A stretch of DNA of 9,663 bases from assembly GCA_016196885.1 (NCBI GenBank), contig JACPWU010000010.1, forward strand, positions 1 to 9,663, written 5' to 3'. Position 1 is the first letter of the stretch; every line of letters starts with the position of its first letter. This document shows positions 5,985-9,663 of the stretch, in pieces. This DNA is from Chlamydiota bacterium. GTDB lineage: Bacteria > Auribacterota > JACPWU01. A program made the translations under genes and the position numbers. The notes beneath the pieces are model-generated. The model was given only the letters and a program-made list of their open reading frames with translations, made no database searches and was not told where the DNA came from.

Positions 5985-6935
5985 TCACTCAACATCCGCC
6001 AAAAGAGCACTTAAACAACTCTCTTTCATGGTTCCACTCCCCCTGAAATCCCGATCCTGACCCAAGGGAGTCATTTTCTTTAACGTTCGTTCTGTTTGAA
6101 AGGCTCCTTTTTTTACCCAAGCTTTTAAAAGACCCAAAGACACCGTGCTCAAATTGGTTGCCACAAAGAGATATCCTTGGGGATTCAAAACCTGAACGGC
6201 CTGTCGAATCAATTCAGAAAAATTTTCTCTCACAGAAAAAATTTTATTTTCAAATCTTGAAAATGAAGGTGGGTCTAAAATCACAACATCGAAAAAATAA
6301 TTTCTCCGAATGGCCCTCTTCAAATATTCGTTCGCGTCTTTTCTCACGAACTCACCTTCGGAAAAATGGATGTTATTCAATTCGTAATTTTTTTGTCCCC
6401 ATTCCAAAAATTTTTGACTCACATCCACATTCGTGACTTCCCGTGCCCCGAAGGCTCTTGCATAAACGCCGAAAGATGAGGTGTATGCAAATGTATTCAA
6501 GACGCTTTTCCCCTTCGCAAGCCCCCCAACCCTTTTACGATTTTCCCGCATGTCTAAGAAAAGTCCTGTATTGAGGTGATCGTCTAAATCTACTAAAAAT
6601 CGGAGTCCATTTTCTGTCACCACAGTCTTTGAAATAGTTTGAGCAAAGGTGAGATTTTCATAAATAGCTCGCGTTTTCTCTGGAGAGCCATCTTTAAAAA
6701 CCAAATATTGAGGATTGAAACAATTCAAAAGAAAATCCCGAATGGCCTCCAGTTGGGCATTCCAAGCAGGATCAAACACCTTTACTAAAAAATGCCTGAC
6801 ATATTGATCTATCGTGAGTCCGGGAAGGCCATCACCTTTCCCATTTACCAAACGGACGGCGTTAGTCGATTGAAAAAGCTTTTTACGCTTTTCAAAGGAT
6901 CGTTCGAGAAGATTGAAAATTCTTTCTCCCTGCAT
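5985..6935 (-). CDS. Class I SAM-dependent methyltransferase, RlmI/COG1092-like and lacking the PUA domain
   Basis: The blocks RLVNGKGDGLPGLTIDQY, TGLFLDMRENR, VLNTFAYTSSFGVYA and DVVILDPPSF (the DPPxF motif IV) are typical of the RlmI/YwbD rRNA methyltransferase group. The ORF track starts at GTG 6938. ATG at 6935 is preceded by GAGG with a 5-nt spacer, so I prefer it. Confidence 0.8.
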   Translation of the reverse strand: MQGERIFNLLERSFEKRKKLFQSTNAVRLVNGKGDGLPGLTIDQYVRHFLVKVFDPAWNAQLEAIRDFLLNCFNPQYLVFKDGSPEKTRAIYENLTFAQTISKTVVTENGLRFLVDLDDHLNTGLFLDMRENRKRVGGLAKGKSVLNTFAYTSSFGVYARAFGAREVTNVDVSQKFLEWGQKNYELNNIHFSEGEFVRKDANEYLKRAIRRNYFFDVVILDPPSFSRFENKIFSVRENFSELIRQAVQVLNPQGYLFVATNLSTVSLGLLKAWVKKGAFQTERTLKKMTPLGQDRDFRGSGTMKESCLSALLADVE

Positions 6936-7014
6936 CACAACCTCAAGAATCGTGTTTATCTTGAAAAAATCCTCTCATTTCTTTTGACTAAACAGATATT
7001 ATGAGATAATTTTT

Positions 7015-7019
7015 GAGGA
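7015..7019 (+). promoter_or_regulatory. Shine-Dalgarno sequence of ptsN
   Basis: GAGGA is followed by 5 nt (acgtc) and then ATG 7025. Confidence 0.5.
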
Positions 7020-7024
7020 ACGTC

Positions 7025-7498
7025 ATGAAAAACAATCATTTTTCAAGTCTGGCTGAGTTTTTGAGTCCCGAGACCATTGGGCTGGATTTAAAGACCTCGA
7101 CCCAAGAAGAAGCCATCAAAGAAATGATCGCTTCTCTTGAGAAGGCGGCCTTGGTTACTGACCGCACGGCCGTTCTAGAAGCCATTTTAATGAGGGAACG
7201 TCTGGGCTCGACCGCCTGCGGCGCAGGCGTAGCTATTCCCCATGCGAGAATCCCAGGGCTCAAAACACTTTCGGTATCATTGGGTATTTCAAAAAAGGGA
7301 ATTCCTTGCGAAGCCTCCGATCACCAACCTGTCAAAATTTTCTTTCTCATCGTCGGACCTCAGGAAAACCCGGACCTTTATCTCAAGGTGCTCTCTCAAA
7401 TTGTAAGAATGGTCAAAGAAGAAGAATGGCGAAATGCACTCCTGGAATGTACAACCCCCCAGGAAGTTCTTTCCTTGATTCAAACCCAACCGGTATAA
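7025..7498 (+). CDS. ptsN: PTS EIIA-type-2 domain protein, nitrogen-regulatory PtsN (EIIA-Ntr)-like
   Basis: RERLGSTACGAGVAIPHARI closely parallels the E. coli PtsN active-site block REKMGSTGIGNGIAIPHGKL (phosphorylatable His). At about 157 aa it is a single-domain protein. The ORF track uses TTG 7013. ATG 7025 is preceded by GAGGA (7015-7019) with a 5-nt spacer. Confidence 0.8.
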   Translation: MKNNHFSSLAEFLSPETIGLDLKTSTQEEAIKEMIASLEKAALVTDRTAVLEAILMRERLGSTACGAGVAIPHARIPGLKTLSVSLGISKKGIPCEASDHQPVKIFFLIVGPQENPDLYLKVLSQIVRMVKEEEWRNALLECTTPQEVLSLIQTQPV

Positions 7499-7500
7499 AT

Positions 7501-8871
7501 TCAAAACATAAATAGAAAAGTGGCAACGGAAAGATAGGTAAACGTGCTCACAAAATCGGCACAGAAGGTGATGAGGGGCCCTGTGGCAGTCGCAGGATCA
7601 ATTTCTAATTTCTCAAAAATGAAGGGCTCCAGCGCCCCCATGATAGAGGCCGCCATAATAGAGGCAAACATCCCCAGACCCACAACGGCTGAAAACCGCC
7701 AGCCAAATTGAATTCCATAAATCAGATGCGAGGCAAGGCCTGTCCCTGACCCGTAAAGAAGCCCCAAGAAAAATCCCACACAGATTTCCTTCAAGATGAC
7801 TTCCCTGCGACTCAAGGACCGAATCTCACCGGTCGCAAGACCGCGCACCACCGCTGTCGCCGTCTGCGACCCCACATTCCCCCCCATGGCTGCAATGAGG
7901 GGCATGAAAGACGTCAGGCCTATCACCTTGGCCAGGGTTCCCCTGAAATGATTCACCACCCAACCCACTGCAAAATATCCGAGACACGTGACAATCAACC
8001 AGGGGAAACGCGTCTTCGTGATAAAAAAAATGGACCTGGAAAGAAGCCCCGCTTGCGTTCCCGCCATTTTTGCAAAATCTTCTTCTGTTTCTTGCTCAAT
8101 GACTTTAAAAATATCTCTCACGAGCAAAATACCCAACATCCTTCCTTCCTGACTCACCACCGGCGCCGACGTCAGTTTATATTTTTTGAAGAGATTCGAG
8201 GCCTCTTCCTGATCGGACTCAGGATTTAACTGATGAATTCTCTTCTCCATCATCTGATCAACTTTCATGCCCCGTGGAGCGACGATGATTTTCTTTAACG
8301 GGACTTGGCCGACCAATCGTTCAGAGGCATCTGCAACATAAATGGTCTCCAAATAAATTTCATCCACATGCCGAAGCCGCGTGTTCACCCGAATGCGTTC
8401 CAAGGCCTCCTGCGTGGTCCAATCCTTGTGAATCGTAATGAAGCGCGTCCTCATCAAGCTCCCGACAGACTTCTCAGAAAATTGCAAAGAGGGAGTCACT
8501 GAATCTGCCTGCGCTTTTTTAAGAAGGCCCAAAAAGCGATGCACCACCTTTTCAGGAAGCTCCCGAATCAATTGAGAAGTCTCAGAAGCCTGAAGATTTC
8601 CCAAAAGCGATTGAACACTGCTGTCTCGAAGCCCGTCCAGAAGAGCCTGCTGCTCTTCAACTTCTAACTCCTCAAAAAGCTGAGACTCTAGCCTCCGCGG
8701 CAAAAGCCTAAAAATCACGGACTGCTCTTCACGCGACAGGGCCTGCCACCCCTCTGCCAAATCCACGGGATCTACTTGGGTCAAAAAATGCCGTAAAGAT
8801 TTATAATCGCGTAGAGTGATCATCTCTTTAATTTCAGGCAAAAAAAGTGGAAAAAAATTAATTTTGGACAT
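7501..8871 (-). CDS. mgtE: Magnesium transporter MgtE
   Basis: 456 aa with the canonical architecture. There is an acidic N-domain (EELEVEEQQALLDGL) and a CBS pair (VGSLMRTRFITI..., APVVSQEGRMLGILLVRDI). The C-terminal 5-TM domain carries the PLIAAMGGNVGSQ signature. ATG at 8871 is preceded by AGGAA. Confidence 0.9.
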   Translation of the reverse strand: MSKINFFPLFLPEIKEMITLRDYKSLRHFLTQVDPVDLAEGWQALSREEQSVIFRLLPRRLESQLFEELEVEEQQALLDGLRDSSVQSLLGNLQASETSQLIRELPEKVVHRFLGLLKKAQADSVTPSLQFSEKSVGSLMRTRFITIHKDWTTQEALERIRVNTRLRHVDEIYLETIYVADASERLVGQVPLKKIIVAPRGMKVDQMMEKRIHQLNPESDQEEASNLFKKYKLTSAPVVSQEGRMLGILLVRDIFKVIEQETEEDFAKMAGTQAGLLSRSIFFITKTRFPWLIVTCLGYFAVGWVVNHFRGTLAKVIGLTSFMPLIAAMGGNVGSQTATAVVRGLATGEIRSLSRREVILKEICVGFFLGLLYGSGTGLASHLIYGIQFGWRFSAVVGLGMFASIMAASIMGALEPFIFEKLEIDPATATGPLITFCADFVSTFTYLSVATFLFMF

Positions 8872-8949
8872 CCGATTCCTGATTCCTATAAAAGCTACGT
8901 AAAATCATAACACGATTTTAGCCAAAGATAACTTCATAAACGACCCTTT

Positions 8950-9216
8950 TCATTTGTTTTTCCAACGTTCAAGCCCAGAAATCCCTTTTGTAAAAAATCC
9001 AGTAAGAAATCCAGGAAAACCAAATTCTTTGAGTTTGTCCTTAACTCGGTTTTTCATTTCATCCACCGTAATATTGGGCAAAGTAAATTTGCCTCTTTCG
9101 TAGCAATGAGAGCAATACATCTGGCTCTTGCTCCCATCTGTATTCGTTCCCCCGCCCTTTTCATCACGCTTAAGAGGCATCCCACAGCTTTGACAATTCT
9201 TGTATGATTTTTCCAT
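8950..9216 (-). CDS. Small zinc-ribbon protein (putative zinc ribbon domain, PF12674-like)
   Basis: 88 aa. CQSCGMPL...GTNTDGSKSQMYCSHCYERGKF provides two CxxC pairs, and the tail is LERWK. This matches my memory of the family pattern C.SCGMP...fGtn.DGS....YCsyCy..G.F...l..WK. GGAG lies upstream of the ATG at 9216. Confidence 0.7.
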   Translation of the reverse strand: MEKSYKNCQSCGMPLKRDEKGGGTNTDGSKSQMYCSHCYERGKFTLPNITVDEMKNRVKDKLKEFGFPGFLTGFFTKGISGLERWKNK

Positions 9217-9305
9217 AGGGTGAAAGACTCCTTTCCTATCATGGTAAGATGAAGAACATACTATTTTAGAGAGGTATAAAAATTGGTTTGGCTTATCTTC
9301 CTCGT

Positions 9306-9663
9306 TTAGGCATTCGATAGCATTTTAACGATCGTGGTCCAGTTCCGCGTCGTAGCTGAAACTCCCATCTCTTTTTCAATCCACTGATTGGGGAAACCGA
9401 ATCTTCCATTTCCAAAAGCCAATCCTAAACTGAACACCGTTTGATTCTTAATTTCTAAAACCTCAATGTCCTTTTTGGGAGAAAGAAACGGAAGTTTCAA
9501 TTTACTTTTTGGCTCACAAGACAAGAAAGTAACATACCTCTTCGCCAAAACATCTTCTCTAATTTTTCGAAAAGGATTCTTATTAATCATATCTTCCAGT
9601 TCTTCCATTGTCCGTAAGAAAACACTGACTTCACCCCCTGCCAAAGAACAAAGCTCCTTTTCA
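9306..9663 (-). CDS. DUF1697 domain protein (5-prime end lies beyond the window)
   Basis: The reading frame stays open upstream of the TTG listed in the ORF track, reading ...EKELCSLAGGEVSVFLRT all the way to position 9663. FLRTMEELEDMINKNPF and the C-terminal TTRNWTTIVKML resemble DUF1697 (v..rt..El..i...nPf ... T.RNWnTv.kL). Only about 119 C-terminal codons are visible. Confidence 0.6.
   Translation of the reverse strand, partial: EKELCSLAGGEVSVFLRTMEELEDMINKNPFRKIREDVLAKRYVTFLSCEPKSKLKLPFLSPKKDIEVLEIKNQTVFSLGLAFGNGRFGFPNQWIEKEMGVSATTRNWTTIVKMLSNA

Noticed and set aside
6984-7010. TTGACT (6984-6989), a 15-nt spacer, then GATAAT (7005-7010) as a ptsN promoter.
   Set aside because: The spacer is short. 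The predicted transcription start would also fall inside or after the GAGGA Shine-Dalgarno (7015-7019), which is inconsistent with the otherwise good SD-ATG arrangement. I left it unannotated.
612-8502. Short ORFs from the track lying antisense to, or out of frame within, larger genes: 612-827+, 1120-1350-, 1148-1390+, 1446-1640-, 1463-1726+, 1885-2088+, 3415-3744+, 3464-3655+, 5503-5691+, 6158-6436+, 6792-7004+, 7036-7263-, 7289-7504-, 7306-7515+, 7948-8229+, 8305-8502+ and 9054-9242-.
   Set aside because: Each is fully or almost fully embedded in a longer ORF that has clear family motifs. Their translations are low-complexity, basic and Ser/Arg/Pro-rich, as is typical of antisense frames. 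None has a recognisable motif or SD.
8872-8949. A possible M-box (ykoK) magnesium riboswitch, or other leader, upstream of mgtE. There is also a tandem GATTCCT GATTCCT at 8874-8887.
   Set aside because: The intergenic region is only 78 nt and contains just a weak A/T hairpin (AAAATC..GATTTT, 8901-8919). That is far too short for an M-box. The tandem heptamer read on the minus strand is just AGGAATCAGGAATC, a duplicated SD-like sequence.
1-9663. A scan for tRNA, rRNA, CRISPR arrays, IS elements, integrases and toxin-antitoxin pairs.
   Set aside because: There are no regularly spaced direct repeats, no cloverleaf-like GC-rich 70-90-nt segments in the short intergenic regions, and no transposase, integrase or recombinase-like ORFs. 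No adjacent small-ORF pairs are present either. Intergenic space other than 2907-3127 and 4268-4744 is under 90 nt.

Overview
This looks like a bacterial chromosomal segment, moderately AT-rich with uneven composition. It is densely coded: 10 intact protein genes (9 on the minus strand) plus one decayed gene remnant. Reading along the minus strand from the right edge, the genes are: a DUF1697 protein (partial, runs off the window), a small zinc-ribbon protein, the magnesium transporter MgtE, PtsN/EIIA-Ntr (plus strand, convergent with mgtE), an RlmI-like SAM methyltransferase, AAA+ ATPase number 2 (AAA_14 + DUF4143 type), a plus-strand remnant of a DNA-alkylation-repair gene, a membrane-anchored DUF3179 protein, a DUF3298-like lipoprotein, AAA+ ATPase number 1 (same architecture, highly diverged) and a PhzF-family isomerase. 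I saw no rRNA, tRNA, CRISPR array, transposase or integrase. The most interesting region is 905-5932. There, two diverged ATPase/wHTH/PD-(D/E)xK-like paralogues on the same strand bracket uncharacterised envelope genes, the decayed gene, a 51-nt perfectly self-complementary A-B-B'-C-C'-A' element and about 170 bp of unexplained non-coding DNA. This resembles a small accessory or rearrangement hot spot and is the best candidate for an undescribed ATPase-nuclease system. That reading is inference, not demonstration. All family assignments come from remembered motifs, not database searches.
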